From the NCBI RefSeq assembly GCF_001194135.2, contig NC_068998.1:39303584-39356236 (forward strand): 52,653 bases of DNA, written 5' to 3'. The notes under the pieces were generated by a model. It was given only the letters and a program-made list of their open reading frames with translations. It was not told the DNA's origin and made no database searches. A program made the position numbers and the translations under genes. This document shows positions 23,267 through 36,197 of the stretch, piece by piece. Positions within the stretch are counted from its first letter, which is position 1. Each line of letters starts with the position of its first letter. The stretch comes from Octopus bimaculoides. Its lineage: Eukaryota.

Positions 23267-23466
23267 TGCAGTGGAGAAGGAACAGAGCAAGCGGCAGTAA
23301 GAATGCGAGCTACATAGGAACAACAGCAGAAGAAAGAGGATAGAGAAACTAGTAGTAGATAAAGACTGGAGAAAATAGCTTTGAAGGAACTAGCAGCTTA
23401 AGGATTTGGCAGTAGAAAAAAACTATAGTTAAAGCGAAGTAGAAAAAGCATAGTAAATTTATATAA

Positions 23467-23512
<46 letters not shown>

Positions 23513-24309
23513 CGAGTTAAGAATATAGTAACCGGTCAGTGGGAATAGGACAGAAACTATTATCAGTGGAGAAACAGTAGAGGAACTGTCAGTGAAAAAG
23601 CAGCAGAGAAAGTAGCCGGGATGAAATGGCAACTTGAGGATTTGATACTAATACCACAGGGAAAAGTGAAGAAGTGGAGGGGAGGAAGAAAAAATTGATA
23701 GTGGAAGAGAAGCAGACACAGTATAGTTAAGTAACGCACATAAACATGTATGTGAGGGGTGAAGAACAATATTCTTGCATAATAACATAAAGGTAGAAAT
23801 GGGACAGAGACAATATTAGTGGAGAAGCAGTGGACGAACCGGTAACTGGAGGGTTTGAGGGAAAAGAAACAGGCAAAAGAGAAAAAGTAAGTAAAAAAAA
23901 ATAAACAACCGATCGTTGAAGAGAAGCAAAAAGCAATCTAGTGATGTAACATATATATGTAAATAAATATAGAGTGATAGAGAAAGTAAAGAACAATAAC
24001 AATTATAGATATTACAACAACATAATAGATTTCACAATGAATTAGTATAAGGCTGACCTATAGTAACAACAATGATAATAGAAACATATTGAAACCGTAG
24101 CAGTAAACATGTTATTAAAAAAATCATGTGGTATGTTACTAACTTCAGTTGGGATGCCGCAATAACATGTGTTGAGCGGCATTGAATGCAGCCGCCCTAG
24201 AATACATTGTTACCCTCCGCCGTCGTCCTAATCGCTACTGTTTAGTTTTATCATTTCATTGGTTCATTTTTAAAAAAAGCTAATATATTTCTTGTTTCGC
24301 ATTCTGAGC

Positions 24310-24590
24310 CTCACCCTTCACTGTTCATCTCTCGACACTGTTTTCTTTTTCGTTCTCACCATCTCTCGTGATTAATCTGCAAAATCTCTCTCTCGCTATC
24401 AGTCGATCTATTTAAATATTTTTCACATTACTGTCTATCATTACGCGCACCCTGCCCTACATGCATACACAAACATGTATGTACATTCATCCATGCACGC
24501 GCGCACACACCCACATCTCTCTCTATATAATAAATATATATATATCATATGCACATGTTCATATACATATACACATGCGCGCAGGCGCAG
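24310..24590 (-). promoter_or_regulatory. Putative promoter and non-coding first exon of the hAT-derived gene
   Basis: Locally CpG-richer segment; NRF1-like CGCGCAGGCGCA at 24578-24589; minus-strand GTGAG donor candidates near 24314 and 24358; matching acceptor AG at 23311-23310, about 43 nt above the ATG. Inferred, no transcript evidence. Confidence 0.35.
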
Positions 24591-24754
24591 CATCATACAA
24601 TAGTCAGATGAAAATACCTTCTTTTGTATGAGTCAGCACCTAAGACATTTGGTTCATAACTTACTAACACACAGACACACGTACTTACTTGCAACAATTG
24701 TATTGTGATAGATATATTCTTGCAATTAAACATGCACATCCGCTGTTATATATA

Positions 24755-24925
24755 TTGGTGTTTAGCCCCAATCTGACCTATGATCAAAAACATTCAAGCC
24801 GTAAACATCCCACCGTTTTATAAGTATCTAGGACGACATTATCTGATGTATCCGTTTTATTTTCTTCTAAGTCCGTAGAACGTTAAGTTGAGGGAGATTT
24901 GGCTGTTATTTCTAGCAGGTCGATA
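24755..24925 (+). repeat. Dispersed repeat family F (probably SINE-derived). Degenerate copies at about 8140-8370, 17975-18170, 19605-19790, 20430-20580, 26790-26990, 31430-31630
   Basis: Shared ttgtttagcccc...gacctatgatcaaa...tatctagga...gagggagatttggctg(c/t)tatttctagcagg. Confidence 0.7.
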
Positions 24926-25942
24926 AAGTAGGGGTTGTGCCGTTGTCTAATTATGGGTGAATCACATAAGTGATGATGTAATGAATGACGCACACAAAAT
25001 ATTCTCAATAAATTGTAATTTGCCTTAAATGGAAAAAAAAGTACAAACTTTAAAAAAAAACATGCATGGGTTTTAATGAATATATATTTACTTTTTATAT
25101 ACAAAGGAATAGAAGCGGTGGTTGTCGATAAGTGGCTGCATGTTACTTTCTATCTGAAAATTGGATGAAGTAAATTACTCCTGACGAACTGGTCATGAAC
25201 AGTGAAACTAGTAGAGTTGTTCTTCACTGTCCCATCGGAATCCGCCCACTTGGAACACCTGATATTTGATCTAATTGTCATCCTTCATACGCATCACGTA
25301 ATCATGTCAACATAGTCTTGTTTTGCATACATCGTTGGATTCTTCCATTCATTTTTTCTCTCAGCTCCTCTTGGCTCCGTCCGTCAGGCATACTGAGATT
25401 CTGCATCTAACTGAGTAAACTCGTCGGCGGAATTGTAGTACCCCATATAACTTTTTCATTTTTTGAAATTTTCAGAAAATTTGTGCTCTACACACGGGAA
25501 TACATATTGATTATGAGAAAAATTTTCTTTGAAATTTTTACCCCAACCTCCACCCCACCATAAATCCTAAAATGTCCACTCTTTTGCGAATTGATTTTTT
25601 AGAATCAGAGTTGAAAATATGGACAGTCCTTATTTTTTGCTTAAATCCCAGCAATGGACCTCTCTTGGGTGCATCATCATTCCATTAAATGAGTTTATGG
25701 GGAGAAAAATACTGACAAACATACGTGACAGAGTGACAAAGAAACGAGGAAAGAATCAGGTGGTAATAGGATCCTGACTCTAAAACCCGAACCCTAACCC
25801 TAAAACCCCAAAGCTAAAACCAGTACAAACGCCGATAGTTGTTGTTGACAAACAACGACAGTAATTTTATTCAAGGGAAAAGATCCCATTACACCGCCAG
25901 TACGTGTTGTTGACAAACCAAAGCAGTAATTGTTTTCACCTC

Positions 25943-26133
25943 AATAGACGTCAGTGATTGGTTGAAATTACGGAAATACGACAACTTTTAACATGAAATA
26001 ACTTCAAATATAGAAACTTTTCTTAACAAGGTTAAGAGAAAAAGATGTTTTATATAACACATTCTACCAGTATCCCAAGTTTGAAAGTGTTTCGTTAGAA
26101 AACAAATGGTGTCCGCCAAATCAGAAAGATCCC
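25943..26133. repeat. Dispersed repeat of about 190 bp, class uncertain; inverted copy at 45370-45559
   Basis: aatagacgtcagtgattggttgaaattac...cccaagtttgaaagtgtttcgtta...aaagatcc is present in both places. Confidence 0.8.
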
Positions 26134-26165
26134 AAACTTCTTGCAAAACAGCCTCGCCTGCCCTT

Positions 26166-26179
26166 AAAAAAAAGCAAAA
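26166..26179 (-). terminator. Pol III oligo-T terminator of tRNA-Asp
   Basis: T4 (26176-26179) then T8 (26166-26173) on the minus strand, starting about 10 nt past the tRNA 3' end. Confidence 0.8.
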
Positions 26180-26189
26180 GAACACTGGC

Positions 26190-26261
26190 CTCCCCGGCGG
26201 GGAATCGAACCCCGGTCTCCCGCGTGACAGGCGGGGATACTTACCACTATACTACCGAGGA
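26190..26261 (-). tRNA. tRNA-Asp(GTC)
   Basis: Reverse complement TCCTCGGTAGTATAGTGGTAAGTATCCCCGCCTGTCACGCGGGAGACCGGGGTTCGATTCCCCGCCGGGGAG, 72 nt. Full cloverleaf, acceptor TCCTCGG/CCGGGGA, anticodon GTC (26226-26228), intact A and B boxes. Confidence 0.97.
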
Positions 26262-26503
26262 CTGACACAAGCAACATTAGAAGCAAGCGTAGAGATATTT
26301 ATTTGACTTTATAATTGCAATAAAAAAAGCTCAAAGACATAACAAAAATTATTAAAACATTATAATCTAAATTTCATTTAATTTTATTTTAATTGTTCCT
26401 TTAAGTTTTGGATCCATTTCGAAACTGGAATGCAAAGTTACAGTAATACCAGTGATGATTAGTCGCAGCCGGCAGTTCAGCAGACATAACTAATCGAGAG
26501 AAA

Positions 26504-26573
26504 ATGGCTGTTTCGTTAAGGTCATTCTGCTCACTGTCTAGGGTTTTCCAAAAGCTCCCTAACAAAATCCCTT
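26504..26573 (+). CDS. MRPL21: MRPL21 exon 1 (mitochondrial targeting peptide)
   Basis: AAAATGG start; MAVSLRSFCSLSRVFQKLPNKIP is R/S/L-rich with no acidic residues; GTAAGT donor at 26574, phase 1, compatible with exon 2. Confidence 0.78.
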
Positions 26574-28421
26574 GTAAGTATATGTATATTTATGCCACAC
26601 TTCTTTATGCAGTGTCTATACTAATCTCGATAATGTAATTTTAAAAGTACATTTGTTCAGCGATTTTTCTTTTTGTAAATAAGTACTTTAATACTCGTGC
26701 TATGATGGTTTGCGGTCTCGCCACCGTTTCTCCCTCGCTACCCCTGTTTCCTACAAGGGCATAACACTCCAAAGGGGTATCTATATGTTGTCAACTGTTG
26801 TTAGATAAAGCAGGCAACCTAATTTCTTCCAACACACCCTATTTATTTTTAAATGAAAGATACACTTGATAATATATAAATACACGTGTCTGGAAAAAAA
26901 AAATAATAAGAGGTGGTTACGACTGAAACACACTTTATGATTAGTCTACTTTATCAAGGTATATCTCGAATAAACAATTGCAAGGGCATCAGTGAATGAT
27001 TTAAATTACTGTGTTTTCGCAAACTTACGCCATCTCTGAAGTTTGCTCAATGCAGTATTTGTATAGTCTGCTTTAATCGATCGTAAATTGTATAAGAATT
27101 AAGGTCACGGAAGAAGTCTGTTACTGCACAATAAACAGAAAAGGGGGTACCAGCAACTGATGATTTTAAAAAGATATAAGATGTTAATGCTTCTGCATTG
27201 GGATATTTCCAATATGCGGACGTCTCCAGCATGTGAACAGTCAACAAATAGTACAAGGCCATTTTTTAAAAAATTCTTCATAATAAATTTCAGAGTTTCG
27301 CAGTCAGTAAAAAATTAGTTTTTAAACTGTAGTTTACGATTTTATTGCCATCATCATCATCGCCTCAGCTTCCTTTCACACTAACCATCACAAGACTCAG
27401 TATCATCACCGTGACCACTATCAGTCACTACACGTCTTACTGCAATACTGCACCTCATTTCTGATTATGTACGGTACACAATCGCCCCAACATTGCTTTG
27501 GTAAAACTTCACTTACCAATACATTCTACAAAGATATATGAATACATAGCTAATTTAAGAAAGTGGAGAGAGAGAAAGAGAAATCAGTAAATAAATAATC
27601 AAAATAGAGGTATGCATGCACACTTCCTCAGTATACATTGTGCCAAAAATACAGCATTACTACAGGTGATTGCCTGGTTGAGGCACTGGAGCAGCCAGGT
27701 ACTCTCCCTAACGTCATCTGATACTTTGGTGAAGTTGGATGCTAATGGAGCAGTCCAGCTCTCCACACCATCTCAGCAGCTAGAGGTTGAAAAGATATAA
27801 TTTACCAACAAATTATGCTATTTCAGTATCTTGTTTAGCTATGGGATGAAGTATCCCATACTCCACTGCAGCAGTAAGGACATATGATGGAACGAGTAAG
27901 TCACTAATGGTGGTATTGGGCCTGAGATATCTGTCTCTAGCCTGCTGTTTCATCTCTCTGACTATTTTACTTTTACTACAATGACTGTTGTTCCTTTGAA
28001 CTAGCTATCTGTATATCCCTTTTCACCCACTGTCCATTCAATATAATTGTTTCACAAATGACATGTACATCATAGAATCTCCATGGTCACTTACTGGTTT
28101 TCTATTCTCATTACCACAAGCACTAACTCTAATGTATTAATGTTTTTTGCTTGTATTGAAAGAAAAGTTTCAGCTTTACACATCCTTTGTATCCAATACT
28201 TGTGTCTTGTTACCAGCCAATATTATACTTTAGGTGCTTCTCTTGCATATTATTCCTGTGCATTTAGTGTTTCTTTGTCAGCATATACTACATACCCCCT
28301 TATGTTAGCCGAGACTCTATCTAACTACATTCTCAGAATTCATTGATTGAACTAAGTAATAAAGCTTAAACAGGTTGTTTTATTACATCTTATTTGAAAT
28401 GTTCATTTATATTTTTTGTAG

Positions 28422-28512
28422 CCCCATTAACTCAAGTGATCAATATAAATGCTGTTTTGAAAGGATCCACAGATCTCAATGTAACAAGTCAATCATGTCG
28501 TTCTATGACCAA
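28422..28512 (+). CDS. MRPL21: MRPL21 exon 2
   Basis: Acceptor ttcatttatattttttgtAG, donor GTAAGT at 28513. 91 nt, phase 1 to 2, open (SPLTQVININAVLKGSTDLNVTSQSCRSMTK). It was the best-supported bridge between exons 1 and 3 among the candidates I tested. Confidence 0.68.
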
Positions 28513-28925
28513 GTAAGTATAAGGATTTCTTACAGTGACACAAGGTCACAACTATGTTAGAGGAATTGATTGAATTAACTTTGGTGTACACCTGGTGCCT
28601 TTATCAAACCTTTTATTTTAGACAATGTATATTTCAAAGTACATTATCTATGTAGCTACTATTTCAAACAGGTCAAAATTTTGTAGAGGCTCCCTATATC
28701 TATATTTTGGAGGTTATTGCAGCAGAGCCCAGCAGGGTGACCTTGAAGAATATTGAATATTATTGATTTTATGCTAAAAGTATTTTCCCTTTCCCGTTGA
28801 CTCTCTTACTCATCATCCCTACATTCCACATTTTGCCAGGAAGTATACATCAGCTTGTAATTTTCCTTTTTATTATTTGAATTGATAATCATAAACATTC
28901 ACTGTCATGGAATTCTGTTCATGTT

Positions 28926-29174
28926 CAGTGTTTCTCAACCATTTTTGACCTATGGACCCTTTTGATTCCTATTTTACTCAAATGGACTGTCTTAGCCATT
29001 CGATGTTTAAAAAAATTATATTTTTGTAATTGAATATTTTTAGGAACTGTATTAAAAAAATGGCTAAAATATTTTGTGTTATAGCAGTATGACCAATTCA
29101 TTGCAGATCAATTTTATCAGCAAAATCTTATATGGATCCCCAAGAGCCATAGGGACTCCAGTTGAGAACCACTG
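28926..29174. mobile_element. Charlie-type hAT MITE, copy 2 (opposite orientation, MRPL21 intron 2)
   Basis: TIRs CAGTGTTTCTCAACC / GTTGAGAACCACTG; interior matches copies 1 and 3; TSD not preserved. Confidence 0.78.
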
Positions 29175-30520
29175 ATTTAGACCAACATGGACACTTCTGA
29201 TAATTCTAATAAACCAAAACACATTACATTTGCAGTTCCTCATTGTAATCACTTCAATATTTATGTTGTAAAATGCAAAGTAACAAAGTAAAAGTGTCCA
29301 TAAGCCTCCTAGCAGAGGAATTTGAAGAACTGCAGTCTAATGCTAGTTTAATGGAATAATATGGATGAGACTTAAATCTCCACCTGGAAAGATCCCTTTG
29401 TCTCTTTGGTAACATTTCTGGGTAAGGGTATCCAACCATAGAAACCAAGCCAAAGCAGACTGGATCCTGGTGCAACCCTCCAGCCTATCAGCTCTGGTCA
29501 AACCTTCCAACCCATGCCAGTATGGAAAATGGATGTTAAAGGATGATGATGAATCATGCTATCCAACAACTCAACAAATCACTTTCAGTTCATGACCTAT
29601 GCACAGCATTTTTCAGTACCTTTTCTTGTTGGCTATTTTGCCTTTGTACCCACCACTTATATTGCTAATGTCTTTGAGAAGTACATGAACACCTTACATT
29701 CTCATTTCCCTTCTCCAACAAATGAAAGTGTTGTGGCTATGTAAGAAATTATGTGTCGGGCAAGTACACAGGAAATTTCTTGTAAGTCAAGTTTGAAAGC
29801 TAGTTTTCATTCCCTTTTGTGGCTATTTCATATTACTTGAATTGACTAGCATTTGAGAAGCACGATTGTCCTATCTTTCAATTTGTAGTGTTGTGTATTT
29901 ATAAGAAACTAGTCTTTTTTTCTTTTTTTATCTCAAGTATTAAGGTATGTTAATCCTTTCTACTGGAAGCACAAGGCCTCAAATTTGAGGGAAGGGATTA
30001 AGTTGATTATATCAACTCTATTACGCAACTGGTACTTAATTTATTGACCCTGAAAGCATGAAAGGCAAAGTCGGCCTTGGTGGAATTTGAACTCAGAACA
30101 TAGCGGCAGACGAAATACCACTAAACATTTTGCCTGGCATGCTAACAATTCTTCCAGCTCACCACCTTAAGGTATCACATTAATAAATGGCTCTAGAGTT
30201 AAGAAAGCACTAAATTTGAACCTATGATCATGAAATCATTATATTGTGTTCCCTGAACAAGTTACCTTACTCTAGTGATCTTTAGCTTACTTTTTTTATT
30301 GCTTCCAAGCTGTGAACTTGCTGATCAATGTAGTTAGTTTACCTGAATGAAAACCAGACTTCATTCCTGTTTTACGGTTGGGTGGTTAGTGATAAGGAGA
30401 GACATCCAGCATAAAAAAAACAATTGCATGTCCCACCCACCCTCAAAAATGTAAAATATTGTGTCTTTTTCTAGATTTTTAAAATAAAGTTGGTCTTGTT
30501 CTGCCTGAAATATTTTACAG

Positions 30521-30603
30521 ATGGCACAAATTCAAATTTGGAGTACATAAACCTTTGATTAAAAGAGAACCACCTGAGATTTTGGATGAAGAAGATAATA
30601 AAA
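30521..30603 (+). CDS. MRPL21: MRPL21 exon 3
   Basis: Acceptor tattttacAG, donor GTAAGT at 30604. 83 nt, phase 2 to 1, WHKFKFGVHKPLIKREPPEILDEEDNK, joins exon 4 in frame. Confidence 0.78.
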
Positions 30604-32623
30604 GTAAGTTTAAATCTTATCATTGTTGAATTTGTGACAATACACATCAGTATATTTATCCTCAGTTCACCCAGATGAATAAATAATATGTAACTGGCAG
30701 AAACGTTAACACTCTGGACGAAATGCTTAGTGGTATTTCGTTTGTCTTTACATTCAGACTTCAAATTCCGCCAAGGTTGACTTTGCCTTTCATCCTTTCA
30801 GGGTCAATAAATTAAGTACCAGTTGTGTACTGGGGTCGATTTAATCGACTGGCCCCCTCCCCCAAAATTTCAGGCCTTGTGCCTAGAGTAGAAAAGAATA
30901 TGTAACTATTTTTTTTTTGTGTAGCTTTAGGCATTGCACACTTCATTTAACAGTAAATGTTAACAATTTTGATATTAGACTGTGGCCATGCTGGGGCACC
31001 ACTTGCAAGGATTTAGTTGAACTAATTAGCCCCAGTACTTTTTAAATCTGGTACTTATTCTATCAGTCTCTTTTGTCGAATTGCTAAGTTACAGTGGACA
31101 TAAACACACCAACATCAGTTGTCAAGCGGTGGAAGACAAACATAGACACAAAGATACAAACTCACACACACGCGCACACGACGGGCTTCTTTCAGTTTTT
31201 GTCTATCAAATCCACTCAAGGCTGTGGTTGGCCCAAGGCTAAAGTAGAAGTGCCATGCAGTGGAGCTGAACCTGGTGCCATGTGGATGGGAAGCAAACTT
31301 CTTACCACACAGCTGCACCTGTGCCTATATTGTCTACATTTGTTTTCATGCCTTACCTGGTGAATGCCTAGAATTGAAATTTATTTCTAGTCTTTGAAAT
31401 AAGGAACCAGATAGCTGCAATTCCACTTGAAGAATAAACCAGGAATCTTAAGAGCTAACAAAGGATCTACCACACTACCCCTTAACCCATTACAAAAAGC
31501 ATCCAACTTTCAATTCGTACCCTGCTACTAGATTATGTGGTGCACCAGCCTGAGTAAGAGATGGGGTGCTCATGACTGGAGCACTTTTGATCATAGGTTT
31601 GACTGACCTAGGGCTAAACAACGACGAAGCTTGCAAAAATTTGTGTAATATGTAGTGTATAACCCTAATATTACTATTTTCAGAAATTTTAAATATAACT
31701 ATATTGATATGCTATGAACATTAAATAGGCCTTCACATACTGCGCTGTTTGGTCAACATGGGTTAGGTCATTCTATCTAATTTTGATTTTAATATTTAGT
31801 CCGCGCGAGATCGATGTAATTGACTTACTACTCCTCGCCTAAAATTGTTGGTCTTGTGGCAAAATTTGATAACAATATTTTTGAGCATGAGTTATGTCCC
31901 TTTACGGTTCTGCGACTTAAACTTTCGTCCTTTCCGAACGAGATCAGAGAAAATGATCATGAATATAAATAAACAAGAAGCTCGTTTTGCAGCCATGGTC
32001 TTGGGTTTGATTATCACACTGTGGTATCTTGGGCAAATGTCATCTTTTGTAGCCTCGGGTGGACCTATACCTTCTGAGTGAAATTAGGTGTAGAAGCCCC
32101 TCCAGTGATTGCACTTGTACTTCGAAAGGATGCAGCCTTCTCAAACTATATCACGCTGATTCTGCCCGAGAATTACGTCAAGGGTATGCGTGTTTGTGGA
32201 ATACTCAACCACTTGTACCTGAATTCAGAAGCAGGTAATTTGGTTAATCAAAGAGCTGAATTTCTAGTATACGTAACAAGAAAACAATCTGACCACAATG
32301 TAGACAGTATTAAGAGACAATATACAGAATAAAGTCGGCAGTGAGTATATACTATTACATAGTATATAGTAAGGTATTCAATTAATGACCTTAAAATTTA
32401 TACAGTACCCACTAAACAAGACTATGTTTACCAAGATGCATAGTAGCTCTGGAGTTAACATACTTGACTGTTGACCACTAGAACATAAGTTCAAATCCTG
32501 GTGAACTGTTACAACAGGGCCTAGGACGATGGTAGTGGTGGTGATGGCAGTGGCGACAGTCCTGTGTGAGAGATGTTTTCAACTGTAAAAAACCTATTAA
32601 TGTATGTACCTCTTTGTTTGCAG

Positions 32624-32787
32624 AACTGGTAGCTAGAGTGTCTGAACAGATGGCAAATCCTGATATGGGTCGGCTCTTTGCTGTTGTTTATATTCGAGGT
32701 TTACAGAGGAAAGTGACCACAGAAGACATGTTAATTGTCAGTGGCTCCTTTCCGCCTAACATTGGAGACAGGCTGAGGTTAGAAAAG
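32624..32787 (+). CDS. MRPL21: MRPL21 exon 4 (bL21 domain start)
   Basis: CAG/GTAAGG boundaries, 164 nt. LVARVSEQMANPDMGRLFAVVYIRGLQRKVTTEDMLIVSGSFPPNIGDRLRLEK contains the family motifs GRLFAVV, Q-x-KVT-x-ED and R-x-RLEK. Confidence 0.95.
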
Positions 32788-33222
32788 GTAAGGTTTCTGT
32801 TGAGTTCTTTTAATCCTCTCTTTCTCTTGTTTTCTCATCATATCAGCAGCTGCAGAGGTTAGAAAAGCCTACATTCCTGCCAAGATCTCCTCTCTAACTC
32901 CCTTCTTTATCATATTGGTGTCAAGTTGAGGCTGGAAAAAACAGTTAAATGTTTTAGTTGCAAACGTTATGCAATTGCCACTGACAAGATATCAACTAGC
33001 AATTGGATGTTGGGCCATCTATGTTCCCTACAAGCCCTCTATTGAGAATCTAAGACATTGAGTAATCCCTTCTTAATCTATATAAGTACATATTCAATTG
33101 TAAAACGATAATGATGTACTTCTTGCTGTGCCATTGATTGTAAAGCATATATTTCATGTGAGAAGCTGACACTTCTCACTTGAACTTTGACAACAACAAC
33201 ACAACTGTTCTTTCTCTTTCAG

Positions 33223-33275
33223 GTTTTGTTAGTTGGCAGCAAAGATTTCTCTCTTGTTGGTAGACCAATTTTAAG
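33223..33275 (+). CDS. MRPL21: MRPL21 exon 5
   Basis: tttctctttcAG acceptor, GTAGG donor, 53 nt; VLLVGSKDFSLVGRPIL matches the bL21 VLLVG...F-x-L-x-G-x-P-x-L motif. Confidence 0.95.
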
Positions 33276-35399
33276 GTAGGATTCCCTTTTGCTATTTCAC
33301 ATTGATTATACTCACTGACATGGATCGGTTATTTCTGTAACTGCTGACCATTTAGCGGTGTAATCACAGTTAAATCTTTTGTCAATATTGAGGAAAAGAA
33401 AACGAAGGTGGCACGCTGGCAGAATCGTTAGCATGCTGCACAAAATGCTTAGCAGCATTTTGTCTGTATGTTCTGAGTTCAAATTCTGCCAAGGTTGACT
33501 TCGTCTTTCATCCCTTCAGGGTCAATAAAATAAGTATCAGTTGAACACTGGGGGTCAATGTAAAGTTGCTGACCTTGTGCCAAACATTAAGGAAAACTGA
33601 CACAAGCAGAGTGATCTGATTTGCTTATTGCACAGCAATTATTGCAGTCAGTAGTTCAGTACCTGAACTGCACAGACATTGTGTCGCATGTTCCTTGATA
33701 TTCTGTTCCTTCAAGGCTGTGTTCCTGATCCATTGGGTTGATATTTATCTCTGGTGTTAAGTGAACAAGAGAAAAACCTCTGCTCTGAGGAAAGAAAACT
33801 AATCTGTTGTGAATAACTTTATCAGTGAGAGGAGTTTAACTTGATACTGCATACTACCAAATCACCAATCAGTTTTATCATATTGCTGCAGTGAATTAAA
33901 AAAAAAATTTGTTTCATTTTTTATTTCATTGTTTAGAAGCGGAATGGTTCTCATAATTCTTTCCAGGACCTCTGAAACCAGTGGGAGGGAGAAAGGTCTC
34001 CTCTGACTGGACATCTGGCCTAAATGCTTGCATAGAATGGATCAAAGGGTCAAGTGGTGGTGTTAAACTGAGCAAAGGATTAAATTTACCTTCCAAGTAG
34101 GCCACAATGAGATTTGAACTCAGAATGCAAAGAGCCAGAACAAAATTACAAAACTTTCTGTCCAATGCTCTAACAGTTCCATCTGCTCTAGACTGGTACT
34201 TTTATTATCAACTCCAGAAAGATGAAAGGCAAAGTTGACTTCAATAGGATTTGAACTCAGAATGTAAAGAACCAGAATAATTATCACAAGACATTTTATC
34301 CAATTTTTTAATGACTTTGCCATATTATACTGTTCTATCAATTGTGCATTGAGAGTTAAATAAAGCATGTCTGGTACCCCTATCAACTGGATCAACTCTC
34401 TTCTATTTTTTATCCATCAGTTTTTTTAAGACTAATCTATAGTAGAATGCAGAATATGTAGATACTTAGACAAAAGCTATATGAAGCAAAATAACAAATG
34501 AATAATTGAACCTGCATCTCCTCACTCATGCATTATCCATTATGCTACAGTCACTGACTTGACTCTATCAATCAAATAAGTCAGTTTGTCTGTAGGTCAC
34601 CGAGATTAGTAAATCTTAGTATTTGCTTCTCCCTGCTGACTTTTCCTCCTCCTTTTCTAATTCTAAAACCATTGACCTCTACCTAATTCACTTGGGTTGT
34701 TTAAGAAACGTATAAACTGCCCTTTTTTTACGGTGTCTGATAACCTAAGTATTGGGATTTTGACGTAGATCTCATTAGCTTCTATTTTGTCAAAGTCACA
34801 TGCTCTCTAGTTACATTTTATGCTATCTTCAAATATTTTGGTTTTATAATCCTTTTGTGTGGTTTAGTTATGTCTTCATTACTATCAACATCATCAACGT
34901 TTTTCCCAGCTGTCATGGGTTGGATGAGTCTGTTATACAACATTTCATTTGCCTTAATCTCATATGTGAGGCCTAACATTCAGAGATCTGATCTCATTGC
35001 CTCTTTCCCTGTCTTCCTCGGTTCTAACAACCTTCTACTGATAGTACACTGCTTTCATTGTCCTTTCACATGGCATGTTTATACCAGTGTAGTTGTCTGC
35101 ACTGCCTACATCAGTTGATTCTTTTAATGCCCTGCTACTCTTTCAGCACATTTGTGTTTTGCCCTTCATGATTCTTCTTCCTGTGATTATTCTTTTCTAC
35201 TCTAGGCACAAGGCCCAAAATTTTGGGGAGGGAGCCAGTCGATTAGATCGACCCCAGTATGCAACTGCTACTTAATTTATCGACCCCGAAAGGATGAAAG
35301 GCAAAGTTGACCTCGGTGGAATTTGAACTCAGAATGTAAAGACAGACGAAATATTGCTAATGTTTGTGCCAGCTCGCCGCCTGTGATTATTGCAGGCCC

Positions 35400-35850
35400 T
35401 TTGACACTGATGTGGTTGATGCTGTTCTGTTTAAAGAACAGGAAAGACATAAGCAGAATGGAGATTCCAGAGGGCTGATGTTCTGGAGATGAAGGATTGG
35501 GCACAGTGGTTGGTGTGAGGAAAGAGTTGTTGGATGCATCAAGGCTGATGTGAAGTGGAGAAACGAGTGGGATGATGATGTCTGAGTGATGGAAGTATGA
35601 AATCAGCCAGTTCCAAGGAGCAGAGACCATTATAGAAGCAAATAGAAAAGACAGAGAGAGAGGAGACAGCATGTCTGTGGTCTACAGGCTAGTGTGTGTC
35701 CATTAGTGGAATGTCAGTCATCCAAGTGGCCCTTCTCTGGATGTGGTCTAGAATATCAGTGTGCATTGCTGCAGCACTACCCCAGATGTGGGAACAGTAC
35801 TCCATTATGGGTTTCACTTGGACCTTGTAGAATGTCTGTAGCCTTCAGGA
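35400..35850 (-). mobile_element. CR1/Jockey-group LINE C-terminal fragment in MRPL21 intron 5
   Basis: FYKVQVKPIMEYCSHIWGSAA...ILDHIQRRA...HRHAVSSLSVF with stops. Confidence 0.75.
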
Positions 35851-36093
35851 GTTAAGATAAATACCTTCTGGCTCTAAAGAGAAGAGCTAAGTCTTTGGGA
35901 TGCAATCCTAGTTCTGGCAAGGATGTGTTTTCACTGGTGGGATCTTTGGTGATAGCGAAGCTCAGCATTTGATTGGCTAAAATTAATTGATACATCGTAA
36001 GGAAAATGAATAAGTTCTTTATATCGATATACTTTTTCTCTGTATCTGAGGAAAACAACTAAGTGCTTCTTGGTTTTATTTTTATTTTTCCAG

Positions 36094-36197
36094 TCGAAGT
36101 ATTGTTCGGGTTGAAGCAACTGTCATAGAAAAAACTCTGTCAAATGCTAAAGCACGTCTAAGTTATAAAGCAAGGAAACACAATCGCAAGTTTAAAT
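36094..36197 (+). CDS. MRPL21: MRPL21 exon 6
   Basis: tttatttttccAG acceptor, GTAAGT donor, 104 nt; RSIVRVEATVIEKTLSNAKARLSYKARKHNRKFK contains VRVEATVIEKT. Confidence 0.95.

Noticed and set aside
23267-23323. ORF-track N-terminal extension MFLCSSHSYCRLLCSFSTA of the hAT protein
   Set aside because: Starts at TTG and overlaps a polypyrimidine tract and AG acceptor; more likely intron and 5'UTR.
25130-25435. GC-richer segment with coding-like appearance on the minus strand
   Set aside because: All frames are interrupted within about 45 codons, and I could not recognise a family.
25792-25803. CCCTAACCCTAA telomere-like motif
   Set aside because: Only two units inside a dispersed repeat; not an interstitial telomere array.
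27666-27895. Alternative MRPL21 exon 2 candidates (27666 onward and 27827-27895)
   Set aside because: In-frame stops or the wrong exit phase when joined to exons 1 and 3.
29587-29740. Phase-compatible open segment as an alternative exon 2
   Set aside because: Weaker splice context and a hydrophobic, unrelated translation; 28422-28512 has better signals. Not formally excluded without RNA data.
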